64,000 nucleotides of DNA, from the NCBI GenBank assembly GCA_037379345.1, contig CM074511.1:40616862-40680861 (forward strand), in the 5' to 3' direction. The notes below the pieces were generated by a model. That model had not been told where the DNA came from. It was given only the letters and a program-made list of their open reading frames with translations, and ran no database searches. The DNA is from Perna viridis. Taxonomy: Eukaryota. Within the stretch, counting starts at the first letter, position 1, and the number at the start of each line of letters is the position of its first letter. This document shows, one piece after another, positions 26,471 to 37,737 of this stretch. The position numbers were made by a program, and so were the translations under genes.

Positions 26471-27231
26471 ATCTCCTTTCTCGATTTATAAATGATTTCG
26501 GCAATTTTGTAATCATTTTTATCGACCCACGCTTATGAGACATATCTAAAGCCTTTTAATGTCGTCATAGTCGGGAGTTTCAACCCCACCTACTGAAAAA
26601 GCCGACAGCTTTGAGTCAACATGTGACTTTATTCTCTCGTAGATTTCTTTTCCAACAAATAAAAATTAACCTGCATTTATATGCACAATACTAAGTTGAT
26701 TTAATTTAAAAAAAATCATTAATATAGCTTTCGCTAACCGGGTCATTCCTCCTCGTAGATTTAATCTAGGGCTGTTACTTATTACGTGATGTGTGGTAGC
26801 TCGGGACAGCTCATCTGTAAAATATAAACCATGAGTGTTATTCTAAATTTGTGAAATCTTTTGATAACGTTATAAGGACTAAACTATAAAACGGAATTTG
26901 ATAATAAAAAGGTCTAAAGGTATACCGTTATACCAATGGGGGTACATCTATTGGTATACTGAAATTTGCCTTTCAGCAAAACCTTTAAACGACCACTTTT
27001 AAAAGTGATAAGTGGAACTAACTTCCTACTTACACAAAAATCAAATCACTGTATAACCCTTGTCATTTGTTTTATTTATCGTGTTAAACTAATGATTATT
27101 TTTTTTATGATTAGATGTATTTTTTATGTAAATAATTACTTTTTAAAACTTGTCCCTTATTCCCCATTCAACATAGAAAATACCCATTCCTCATCCCCAC
27201 ATTTCCCAATTTCCCGCCGACATATGTGATA

Positions 27232-27990
27232 TAACGAGAATAGGTATGGTGGTCTTGTCAAAGAGACAACAACCCTACCTGGATGAAAATGTCAGCTCAA
27301 ATCCACTAATTGGTCTTCAGTGAACGACGAGGAATTATTCATGCCACCGAACAGATTGCAACTGGCCCAAAAACATCATTATACACAGATAGAGAAATTC
27401 CTGACTTGAGACAGGTGCAAAAAATGCGGCGGGTTTAAAGTACTTTGGCGTAATAACAACCCATTCCTTAAAAAATGGCCACTTTTTTGGAAAACAAATA
27501 TTGCACAATAAAAGACCTATATATCAGTTAAAAAAGTTTGATACCCTTGTTACAATGGAAATAAAGAAACTAAATATAAATTATACAAATGTACAAACTA
27601 AGGATAACTAGAAGTTAACTGACATGCCAGCTCCAGACCAGTTTAATACTACAAAAGTTATATCCCTATCGTATGTAAAATCAATCCCAATTCTCCCTAT
27701 GCAGGGTTGAGAATCACGGAACATCATTATTAAAACAATAAGGACACAGCCCATGTCATGCCAACAACCGCTTTTAAATATTGTGTTTTAATTTCTATAT
27801 ACAGACCCTATTAGCGAATCAATGTTAAAACAAAAACAAAATGTTATCCTTAAAGATTTGACAACAATATCATAACTATTTCCCTTACGAATGAGCCTAT
27901 TCAAAGATTTAGTTAATTTATTTCGTGAGTATCGAGCTTTCTGTGCTTTGTATATAACATTACCGTAAAACAGTGAGTGAGGAAGACCCG
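27232..27990 (-). mobile_element. Inverted homologue of the 23430-24030 repeat
   Basis: CATGCCAGCTCCAGACCAGTTTAA, TCAATCCCA and AGGGTTGAGAA match the reverse complement of 23480-23560; TCCTGACTTGAGACAGGTGCAAAAAATG is the core. Confidence 0.6.
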
Positions 27991-28609
27991 CATGTATTAA
28001 TACTTTACAAGTATGATATAATGAAATGTCTTGTCCTTAGAGGTAATATATCATTGCAATAACTGTATATCTGCATTTGCTTGAGTCTAGTTTTTGAAAC
28101 TTTTAAAACCTAAAATTTTTCGCTTAAAGCTAGAAAAAGTACACATAGCCGAAGGTACCTAATATAATCATATATTGCTCGATTCTGTATTGATAGGCAA
28201 ATGATAATATCGTGCGAAAATTATATATGATCATCACAAGATTACCATATGATTATCATATCTAGATATGTACTTGCAAACATATGATAACCATATGAAA
28301 CACATATAATGATCATATGTAAATAATGTAAGAATGGTATAGAATCTGCAAATCATGATGTTTTCATTACGCTGGAATCATATTCATTTTCATACCGTCT
28401 AAATCTTATCGTAGAATAAACACATATATTTAATATACATACAATGACAATTCTATCACCGTCTCAGACTTGCACCTAGCACTTGATTGATAACAGTACT
28501 GCATTGCTCTTAGAGTACTAACATTTCAAGTTTAAAATTCGTGATAAAACGAAAGCAACTGAAATGGAAATGACAATTCTGGTCTAGAGTCGACACAGAC
28601 TAGACAGTC

Positions 28610-29120
28610 GCCCCGTGCAGGTCCGGGTGTTAAAAGAATAGGCCTGCAGCAGCGCTAAGCTTGTCGTATAAGGCGACTAAATAGTGCTCAGAAACCTAGC
28701 CGGGGGCTAGGCGCTCTGCCCACAGAGCAACTGGGATGTGTGCCCCAGGTGCTGGAATGGGGTACCCCTGGCGTGTTACATGCTGGGGTTGTCAGGCTAT
28801 AATACGGAAAACCTGACCGCAAACCATAGTGGTGCACCGTGTTGGGAAAGATGCCACGTTCCTCGCACGTTAAAGAACCCTGCTGTGGTATTCGATAGGA
28901 GTAGGAACCTTTGCGCTCCGCCACAGGAGGCTAAATTGCCCGACCTTACCCATCCCCCTTTTTCCAGTGGCAATCAAAATTTGTCGACCCTATTGTCCTT
29001 GTGACCCATCCTTTTTTTCATTTCATGTTCATTTTATCATCCATTTCATGTTCATTGTCTGAATATAGCTGAAATATTGCTGCTCGGACGTTAAACCCCA
29101 ACAAACAAACAAAAACAAAC
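28610..29120 (+). mobile_element. SINE-like retroposon, copy 2, ~750 bp upstream of ankyrin gene 1
   Basis: Starts GCCCCGTGCAGGTCCGGG, ends GAATATAGCTGAAATATTGC...CGTTAAACCCC(AAAC)n; the paralogous site at ~52080-52120 is empty. Confidence 0.85.
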
Positions 29121-29822
29121 AGAGTTAGTCTGTTTGTCAAATATTCAAAACAAAATACACTTACTTGCCAATATCGTTTTTTTATTAAGTGATGTTGTCT
29201 CTGACCTTTTTAAAAATCTATTTTAAAAAAAACGAGTGTGAACATTTCTAAAAGTCTTCGTATGAGAAAATTTTTCTTTGTAAGTTTATTGTTTGACATA
29301 ATATGCTTGAGCATTGAAAATAATACCAGTAGATCGATTCCATGTATCTTAAACTAGAAATGTCTCAAAGGACATAATTCCGGAAAGTTGAAGACCTTGC
29401 TTATAAACAGGCTTCGTACGGTGTACTTTCTCACAATCATTTACGGGACTAATATTAAGTATTTGTCCGTTCACTAATGAAATGTAATTTAAGTCTACGG
29501 TCTACGGTGCGTTTCCTATAATATTCAAGCGCTATATGTATCTGTAATTTGAAAAAAAAAGGAAACTTTCCTTTAAAACAATATCCTTTGCTTATTTGAA
29601 ATTTTAATGCCTTTCATTCATTAAAAACTGGAAATTACTTAAAAGTAAAATATTACTCCATGTCAGTTATTGATTAGGTGTTAATATATGTATGATATGA
29701 ATCGAATGAAATCTACTACGAAATTATACTGGTTAGCGTAGTTGAAGGCGTGAATGGGAATATGTCTTAAACTTTTATGGAATTAAACAACGTGGGTTAA
29801 CTTTGATAGACACATTGTTGTT

Positions 29823-29830
29823 TATATAAA
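29823..29830 (+). promoter_or_regulatory. TATA box of ankyrin gene 1
   Basis: TATATAAA 51 nt before the ATG; equivalent boxes at 49642 and 52803 with the same spacing. Confidence 0.7.
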
Positions 29831-29873
29831 CTTGAACATTTCATACATTTTGCCAAATTTATGTTTATCAAAG

Positions 29874-30239
29874 ATGCTTCACCAAATAATCAGGAAGATA
29901 AGCACTTATTCTAAGAACCCAACCACAACAAAGGATGGGTTTGAGGATTTGATCTATGCGATCCGGAATCGAAGATATAAACTGGCTAAAATTCTTATTG
30001 AAGGTGGAATAAATATCAACAATACTTTTGAAGGATTAACACCAATGATGGAAGCTTGTCTCTCTTCTGATTCAAGTGAAAACAAATACAAAATTGTCCT
30101 TTTACTTCTGCAGCATGGATACGATTTAAATGTTCGAGACAGATACAAACGAACAGCGCTTTATTACGCTTATATTGGAGGATGTCAGAAGGTGATTGAA
30201 ATCTTACAGGAAGAAAGAAAAAGACGATCGAGTAGATGA
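29874..30239 (+). CDS. Small single-exon ankyrin-repeat protein, 121 aa (ANKRD34 N-terminus-like), paralogue 1
   Basis: LIYAIRNRRYKLAKILIEGGININ / GLTPMMEAC / IVLLLLQHGYDLNVRDRYKRTALYYA form ~3 ankyrin repeats; basic C-terminus RKRRSSR; ATG in TCAAAGATG context shared by all three copies; mostly synonymous divergence from paralogue 2. Confidence 0.85.
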   Translation: MLHQIIRKISTYSKNPTTTKDGFEDLIYAIRNRRYKLAKILIEGGININNTFEGLTPMMEACLSSDSSENKYKIVLLLLQHGYDLNVRDRYKRTALYYAYIGGCQKVIEILQEERKRRSSR

Positions 30240-30461
30240 AACAGGCAATATAGCAAATACTGTTGCTTTGACCTTTCCTGCCTAAGATTGGTTACAATTT
30301 TAGGATAAGTTCTGCATTGATGTAAAAGTTGGAAATAATTTACAGGAGTTTCAAATATTTGTGAAGTTTAAGGGACAAAACATCAAAGAGACAGTAAAAA
30401 TAAGTAATTCAAAATGTTATTGATACTTTGTGTCATAATCGTTTATTTTTCATTGATTTCC

Positions 30462-30467
30462 AATAAA
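30462..30467 (+). terminator. Candidate polyadenylation signal of ankyrin gene 1
   Basis: AATAAA ~220 nt after the stop, followed by a GT-rich tract (TAGTGTGTTATTTGTAGTGTT). Confidence 0.55.
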
Positions 30468-31901
30468 CAAAATATTAGTGTGTTATTTGTAGTGTTATCT
30501 GTGTTGTTTTTTTTGTATGTAAAGATTGGTAATACAGATTTATGATCACTTTTCACAAACAGTTATAAGACTACGGTGCAATCATCTATGAATGAATTGA
30601 TCAAATGTTCCAAATTATGCATTAGCTATAAGTTTTAATATATCAAGTAAACTCTTAATAGATAACCCCCTTCTGCTACCTTCAGATTTTTATTATAATA
30701 CGCTCTTACAGGCCTAAATTAGTTGGCCGATGAAAGTCAGGGGCAACACTCACATCAATTGACATTTTCAACCATATTAAAACTGCGTGCTGCATTAATG
30801 GACGTAGTGTAAATGTTCTCGAAATATAGTATATACTAAACTTATACTTCTGTCGTTTTGGAGGAATTTCAATCACAATAGCAATTCGAAAAGAATGTTC
30901 CTTTCTACCTGACGACTGCATATTCGCTCCCCTCGAATTACAAAATTAAGGGCAATAGTATCCTATATTGTTTTCAATATAAGAAAAAAGAAAACGCCGT
31001 TTTTCATTTAAAACGACTGTACAAAAAAGCAGTTCAATTAGAAAAAAAAACATAATGTTATTTGTGGCAAAACATCCATCAAAGCGTAATTGATGTTGTT
31101 CTAGTCTCTGCATACACAAATAGTATGATAATACAATGATTCAAACAAATATATATAAACGTCGGTGTTATTTTATACTTTATTACTTAATCATCAATAG
31201 TTACCGCAAAACGCCTTTACACTCAATACCATATTTCGTTACAATACGAAGTCAAGCTATATGCTCGGTAAATGAAATGCATCTTTGTTGGTAATAAATA
31301 TGTTGTACTTATTTAAATATCTAAGTAAACACGATTCTTTATGAACCAACACAATTTATTACTTATATAATTCTTTTGAATGTTAAGATATGCAGACATG
31401 CTAATTTATACAAATGTCTTTTGATATCCAGATCTCATTTGATAAATTCTCTTTCTGTCAATAATATTTTAAAAGATGGATTTTTGTTTTCAACATCATC
31501 CTCATATCCTCTTAGTGTTGGCGTCCACCAAGGTCCTCCAGACAACTCTATCTTTTGCCTTGCCTTCCACTTCACCTCAAATGATTTCATGATTTTTATG
31601 GTACATTAGTATATCTTCACTTCTTTGTTGACAACTGATTTATTCCTTGTGGCAATTCAACCCTGCCTGTTTGTATAATCATATACTTAAAATAATATAT
31701 CTTAGTGAATAATAAATGATTGGCGAGCTTTGAAAATTGCATATACCCACCATTGCCATTGGAAATGGCTATACCAAGTAAGGACCATTGCGGTTGTTGT
31801 CAACGTTTTGGTTTTTGTCTAGTGTTTGCCTTTTTATACGGACTTTGCTTTACTGTATATTTATTTGTACTACTGCATGGTGTTCATTAATTCGGTTTAT
31901 T

Positions 31902-32657
31902 TGTAATACCCCCATTTACGTATTTGAAGTAAATAACAACAGGGCCACTCTCGAAGCAGACGGAATATAGAATAAACAAAGCAGATTTGAGTTTGAGTTT
32001 ACATAACTGATGTCCATTTCAGAATCATTAGAATTAAACCAGTCGAAACTGCCACTGAAGGCACATTCACCTTTTTGAACATTTTTATCAGTAATAGAAT
32101 GGGCATATATATGCACATTTCGAACTTTACAATTACAGGATCAAAAGGATCAGAAAATACTTGAATACGTTATAGAAATGTAGCAATTATATGTAAAAAT
32201 GAAATGATCTTACATGTATCACTCATACGCCGCTCATGTTAATATTCGAGGGTGATGCAAATTGAATTCTGCGTAAAAAGAAAGAAAATGTCCCTTTTTC
32301 CATGAATCGTATACTCAGAGTGTTCAAAGAAGTGAAAATAATAGTCAATATGTCTGTACTGGGCATTAACTGTTCATCAGTTCATGAAATAATAACTGGC
32401 GAGAATTGCAGAATACCATTTGTCTTGATCACATCAACCCCGAGCACTACTCTCCATTCAAAACCCAAAACTGCGTCAAATCATGACGTAATTTCCAATA
32501 ACCAATCAAAACCAAATATCAATAATTACGTGTACTTTTCAATATAGTCTAATAAGGTTTCACTCATATCTTTTTTAATACAACACTATAAGAATTTTAC
32601 AATACAAAGTAAATACACATATAACATCACCTATGGTTAAAATTCGACACTACTATA
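31902..32657 (-). mobile_element. Probable 3' LTR of the Gypsy element
   Basis: On the - strand it follows a polypurine tract (CAAGGGAGAA, 32658-32667), begins TATAGTA (probably mutated TGTAGTA) and ends GGGGTATTACA; contains ATTGG and TGACGT motifs. Confidence 0.55.
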
Positions 32658-35040
32658 TTCTCCCTTGTGTTGAGAAAATGACTTCAATGTCATTCGGCTC
32701 TTTCCTCCTCTCCTCGAAAAAAATGGGGTCCTCGACATAACACACTATTCTCCACAAAGATGGTACGTTGTATTACTAACTCTAATCCTTTGAACTTTTC
32801 TAATGCTCCTTGTTGTTCTAAGTATTGAACTTCTCTTTCCAAGATGGTACGGTGATAGCCTGTTTGGAGTCGTCACATAATCCTGTAAATACTTCTGGGG
32901 ACCTCACTCTCTCTGTGGTCTAGATGTAACTTGTTCTATATGTCTCGGTGGTGTGGGCAATATTCTCCTACGTCTTGTCATTGTTCTATCGTCTGAAGCC
33001 GTTTCTTTTATTTCTACCATATACTCAAGAGATGGATCCGTCAATACACTATCGTTTTCTACATCAGAAGTTCCATCTTGAATTTGCTGATCCGGCGTTG
33101 AAGGCTCAACATCCGCTATCACAGGGGTCAGTACATCATCAGACATCTCAGCTGAAGGTAGAATGTCCTCTACGATACCAATTTCCTGTCTCCTATCAAC
33201 GGCAGCTGTGGTCACCCGTGTCAATGATAGTTTCCTCTGTTTCAGCCGGCTTATTCAAATATGTGCACTACTGTGAGTGTTGCCCGGTGTTTCTACTGTA
33301 TAAATCCAATAGTCCTGCTCCGACTCCTCATCCGAACCTATTCCATTGATATCATCGGTGCCGTTGGATTTCGCCACTGTTTTCTGAAGAGATTGTTCTC
33401 GCTTCCTAGTGCTTATAGTTTTCTGTGCAGGTGCAGGAACTCCTTCCTCATATCATTTGGCAGAAAATTTATGGTAAATGCACATCATCTCTCACAACAT
33501 TAGCATTCGTGGCTAGACTCTGGACATATGGCTTGATATGTTGTTTATTACAGATGGCCTTGACTGTATCAGTTGACATGTTGGTACAACCGAATAGTTC
33601 TGGTAGTCTGGATAAGGAATCAATCTGCATCGGCATTATTGGAGCCAGGTCTGTATACGATGTTGAAATGATATTAATCAAGTGCAGCAATCCAACGATG
33701 TCCGCTGATAAAAGGACATAAGTCAATGGGTTATTATCGATTATTACGGTGAACTTGTTTCCATACAGGTAATCATGGTACTTTTCTGTCACAGCGCACT
33801 TAAGTGCCAAAAATTTCAGCTATGAACAGGGCAGTTACGCTCGGTCTTACTGACTCCTCTACTTGCGTACGCAATAACCCGCTTCTTCTCTTTCTGTGTC
33901 TGGTACAAAACTGCTTCCAGTCCCACCAGTATGGGTGATGATAACAATGCTGCGTTCAACTTCTGGAACGCTGTTTCCTGTATATCACCCCGTATCCAAG
34001 ATTTTACTGACTGGTTTTTACCTTTGTGACGTTTTGATGACTTCATTGGTGCTGGCTTCAAGTCGGTAAGTGGTCTGGCTACTTTTGCACGGTCTTTGAT
34101 AAACGGTAATACCCAACGAATCATAAACATCTTCTGACGTCTTCTGGTGATGATGATCTCGACCATTTGGTAACTTTTTCTATCTTTGCTGGGTCAGGAA
34201 GTATACCATCTTTGGTGATAAATGGCGGATGTACTTGATTCTCTCCTTGAAAAATTCACTTGTCTTGTGTGATAGCTTAAGTCCACTCTCTCTTAGTCTT
34301 TTCAATACTCTCTCTAGTCGGTGAAGGTGTTCTTTGAAAGTGTCAGCAAAAATGATGAAGTCGTCTAGGTATATTAATCAGATGTTGAAATGCAAGTTTT
34401 CTAGGATCTCTTCCATGAGCCGTTGGTATGTATCTGGACTGTTGACTAAGCCAAATGAAAGGCGATTGAACTCTTAAAATCCTAGTGGACCGACGGTCCA
34501 GATGGTAACCACTCTTCATATCCAACACTGTAAAATGATTGTTACCGCCGAGTGTGATGGAAAGCTAACTTCATCTAAAACATCATGGACAGCTTCTCCT
34601 GTCATGTCTATGATCCTTATAGCCTTGACCTCAGCACACACGACAATAGCGTACCTGTTGTTCCTCCTGTGCAAATCTTTGTCTCTAATAGACAAGCATC
34701 TGAAGGCCATGTACCAGGGTGTGAGTAGGTCTACATTCTATAGATATCTTGGACCAAAACGTTGTTTTACGTCATCTAAAGTCGATTTCATCAAGTTGGT
34801 TCCGAGCAGAAGTGGAACATGTGAGTTGTAAGTGCTCTCTGGTACAACTAATAAAAAACATGGTTGTGGTTCATCAAACGTTGAAGACCCTGGCAGCTGA
34901 ATGTCAACGGACATGAATCCATGGTATGGCATTTGTTGTCCATCTGCATATTCTATGTGTAGATTCCGTCTAAGTGATTGAATGTCTTGATCAGCGAGGT
35001 ACTGTCTATGAAAACTCTCACTCACTATACATGTCATGTT
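32658..35040 (-). pseudogene. Decayed Ty3/Gypsy pol (protease, RT, RNase H; integrase mostly deleted)
   Basis: YADGQQMPYHG...PLLLGTNL (protease region), LDMKSGYH and LIYLDDFIIF (RT), AVLYQ...VIAYASR and AVTEKYHDYLYGNKFTVIIDNNPL (RNase H); many frameshifts and stops. Confidence 0.9.
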
Positions 35041-35932
35041 CAGTATACGGTGAATCGCTAGCAAAATTCATGGTGAAGTGTAGTTTCTGTGTAATGTATA
35101 TGTAACCTACCTCCAGAAATCGTTATCTGGTAAGCAGTATAAGTAAATTGTGTAAACGTAAATCATAACTCTAAACTGTGCCTGTAGCCATAATACTGTA
35201 GCTATATCTGATAAGTGTGTAAGAGTACACATGTAGTGTAAATTAGTGTACAATTTTATCAGCAAATACTAATAATAAAAAACTACAAATTTTCAATGCA
35301 TTTACTTTTAAATATTGAATACAATCTTCTTCTGTTACGGATCTGTTGTTGCAGTTCAAAAGTGGTTACGGTAAGTCAATGAACATGTATCGAACATTGA
35401 CTACCAAATGACCATGCAAATAAAACAAATGCCAACAATAATAGCTAACACGTGGTTCCGGTGGTATACGCATGACATGAGACTGCAAAGGTGTAAACAA
35501 CAACCCGTGTATCCATCAATGTATGGTATGGTAACGACATTTCGTTTCCGTTTAGACTTCACCAAAGCATCTAACTGTTATACAGTTAATACAGTTATAA
35601 TTAACTACGCACTGACACATTTCAATCGTTGATTAATGAATTGGTCTTTTCTACAAAGGGAGAACATTGCCTTGATACTATTACCATATCAGATGATTGG
35701 AAAGGAACGCCCAAAGACAAGCTATTATAATATCACATAGAGCTTTCCAACTACATGTATCAATAACTATATGAATGATGTACATTCTTACAACATAACT
35801 TTAGCACCGGATTTTGAGATAAACCGATTCGTCACCATTTTCTATCACATCAAACACAGTAGACCAAAGCCCTTCACAATACCAATCAACATGAGGAAAG
35901 ATCATTTCAAGTTGGTCATTCTTATTATAAGT

Positions 35933-35959
35933 GGCGACGTGTCCGTTAATCCCGGGCCT
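35933..35959 (+). other. 2A-like (StopGo) motif GDVSVNPGP
   Basis: Hydrophobic LVILIIS followed by GDVSVNPGP directly before the PHD finger; the canonical motif is D(V/I)ExNPGP, with E replaced by S here. Confidence 0.6.
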
Positions 35960-37232
35960 ATAAAGAACCCATGCAGGGGCTGTCATAAGGCAGTTGCCAA
36001 AACTCATAGATCTGCTCGATGCGATGGCTGCTTTTTCGAATGGCACATAAAGTGTGCAAGTATAACACCACCAGAATATACTTTGATAACCAGTTCAAAA
36101 GACCCATGGATTTTTAATCAGCGTGACAAGTTTCATTTTACCGATTCATTCTCGCAAAAGAAGTAAATCAATACTCATTTATAAATTCAAGTTAACATCC
36201 AGTGAAAATGAACATTCAGTTTTCGATGAATTGGTCAAGGTACGGAAAGATCACCCCAGCAAATTTATTGTGTCACATCTAAACATCAACAGTTTAAAAA
36301 CACAATTTATTGAAATTAAAGAATTGCTTGTTGACACAATTGTCGATTTTCTAATTATAGCAGAAACCAAACTTGATCCATCTTACAGAAATAGCTTGTA
36401 TGAAGTTCCAGGATACAAAATAGAACGTAGATAATTATATGATTATTGGTGACATAAATTATGATCTTTTGTGTCCCAAAAAAGGAAAAGTATTTTTGGA
36501 TCTAATTGAGCTTTTTGACTTATCCAACTAAGTCAAGGAACCAACATGTTTTATGATGTTTGACATCATATTAACAAACAACAAGAAACTATGCATTAGA
36601 ACACTAAATTTTTCAACAGGAATTAGTGACTGCCATAATATGATCTGTACAGTTATCAATAACTCAATTCCTGTCCAAGCAAAACAGAAAATAAACTATA
36701 GTAGTTTCCGAACACTAGATAGCAATGCGTTAAATGAAGATAAAATCGATAAACCAACCTACCAAGAGCAAAGTACCAACATAAATGAATCTTTTGAAAA
36801 TAAACTGTCAACCATTTTTGATAAACATGCTCCTATAAAAACAATGTACAGGAAGTAAAATCAGGTTCCTTATATGAACAGGGAATTGCGGAAGGCAATC
36901 TATGACAAGAAGATGTATTATACCAAATATTTAAAAAAAAATAAGAATTCTAAAACATGGGAACAGTATAGAATTAGACGAAATCTTGTTAACAAACTAA
37001 AACGTAAATCACAGAATACGTAGCTTTTAGAACGATGCACTAGAAGACGGAAACAAAAGGATTTCTGGCAAACTATAAAGCCTTATTTTTCAAAGAAATG
37101 TAAAAGCTCAGATTCAAAAATTATTCTGCAAGAAAATGAAAATGTTATTTTAAAAAAATGAAGAAGTGGAAGAAGTTTTTAATACTTTTTTGTAAACGTA
37201 GCCAAAGATATTGGAAAAGATTACAATTTTGA

Positions 37233-37737
37233 TTGATTGATTGATTGATTGTTGGGGTTTAACGTCCAAGCCGCAATATTTCAGCTATATTCAGACGATG
37301 AACATGAAATGGATGATAAAATTAACATGAAATGATGATGAAATGAAAAAGGGATGGGACACAAGGACAATGGGGTCGACAAATTATGATTGCCACTGGA
37401 AATAGGGAGAGGTGGGTAGGGTCGGGCAATTTAGCGGAGCCGTATTGTTCCTACTCCGTGACAATACCACAGTAGGATTCTTTAACGTGCGAGGAACGTG
37501 GCATCTTTCCCAACACGGTGCACACTATGGTTTGCGGTCAGGTTTTCCGTATTATAGCCTGACAACCCCAGCATGTAACACGCCAGGGGTACCCCATTCC
37601 ACCACCTGGGGCACAAAATCCAGTTGCTGTGTGGGCAGAGCGCCCTAGCCCCCGGCTAGGGTTCTAAGCACTATTAAGTCGTCTTTTACGACAAGCTTAG
37701 CGCTGCTGCAGGCCTATTCTTTTAACACCCGGACCTG
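37233..37737 (-). mobile_element. SINE-like retroposon, copy 3, nested in the LINE ORF
   Basis: Interrupts the reading GKDYNF|DKDNHPSL; (ATCA)n tail; lacks the first ~8 nt of the head. Confidence 0.85.

Larger units (their letters stand above)
28145..31880 (+). repeat. Segmental duplication block B carrying ankyrin gene 1 (paralogue ~51750-56780)
   Basis: Colinear similarity from ATCATATATTGCTCGATTCTG through promoter, CDS, 3' UTR and AAAAGAAAACGCCGTTTTTCATTTAAAAC. Confidence 0.9.

Noticed and set aside
28688-29004. ORFs at 21510-21847, 28688-29004 and 37412-37648 as a small protein family
   Set aside because: They are translations of the GC-rich SINE; frames and stops differ between copies
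29832-29873. N-terminal extensions given by the ORF track (29832, 52830, 49660)
   Set aside because: TTG starts, or an ATG only ~18 nt from the TATA box, lie at or upstream of the likely TSS; the shared TCAAAGATG is the better start
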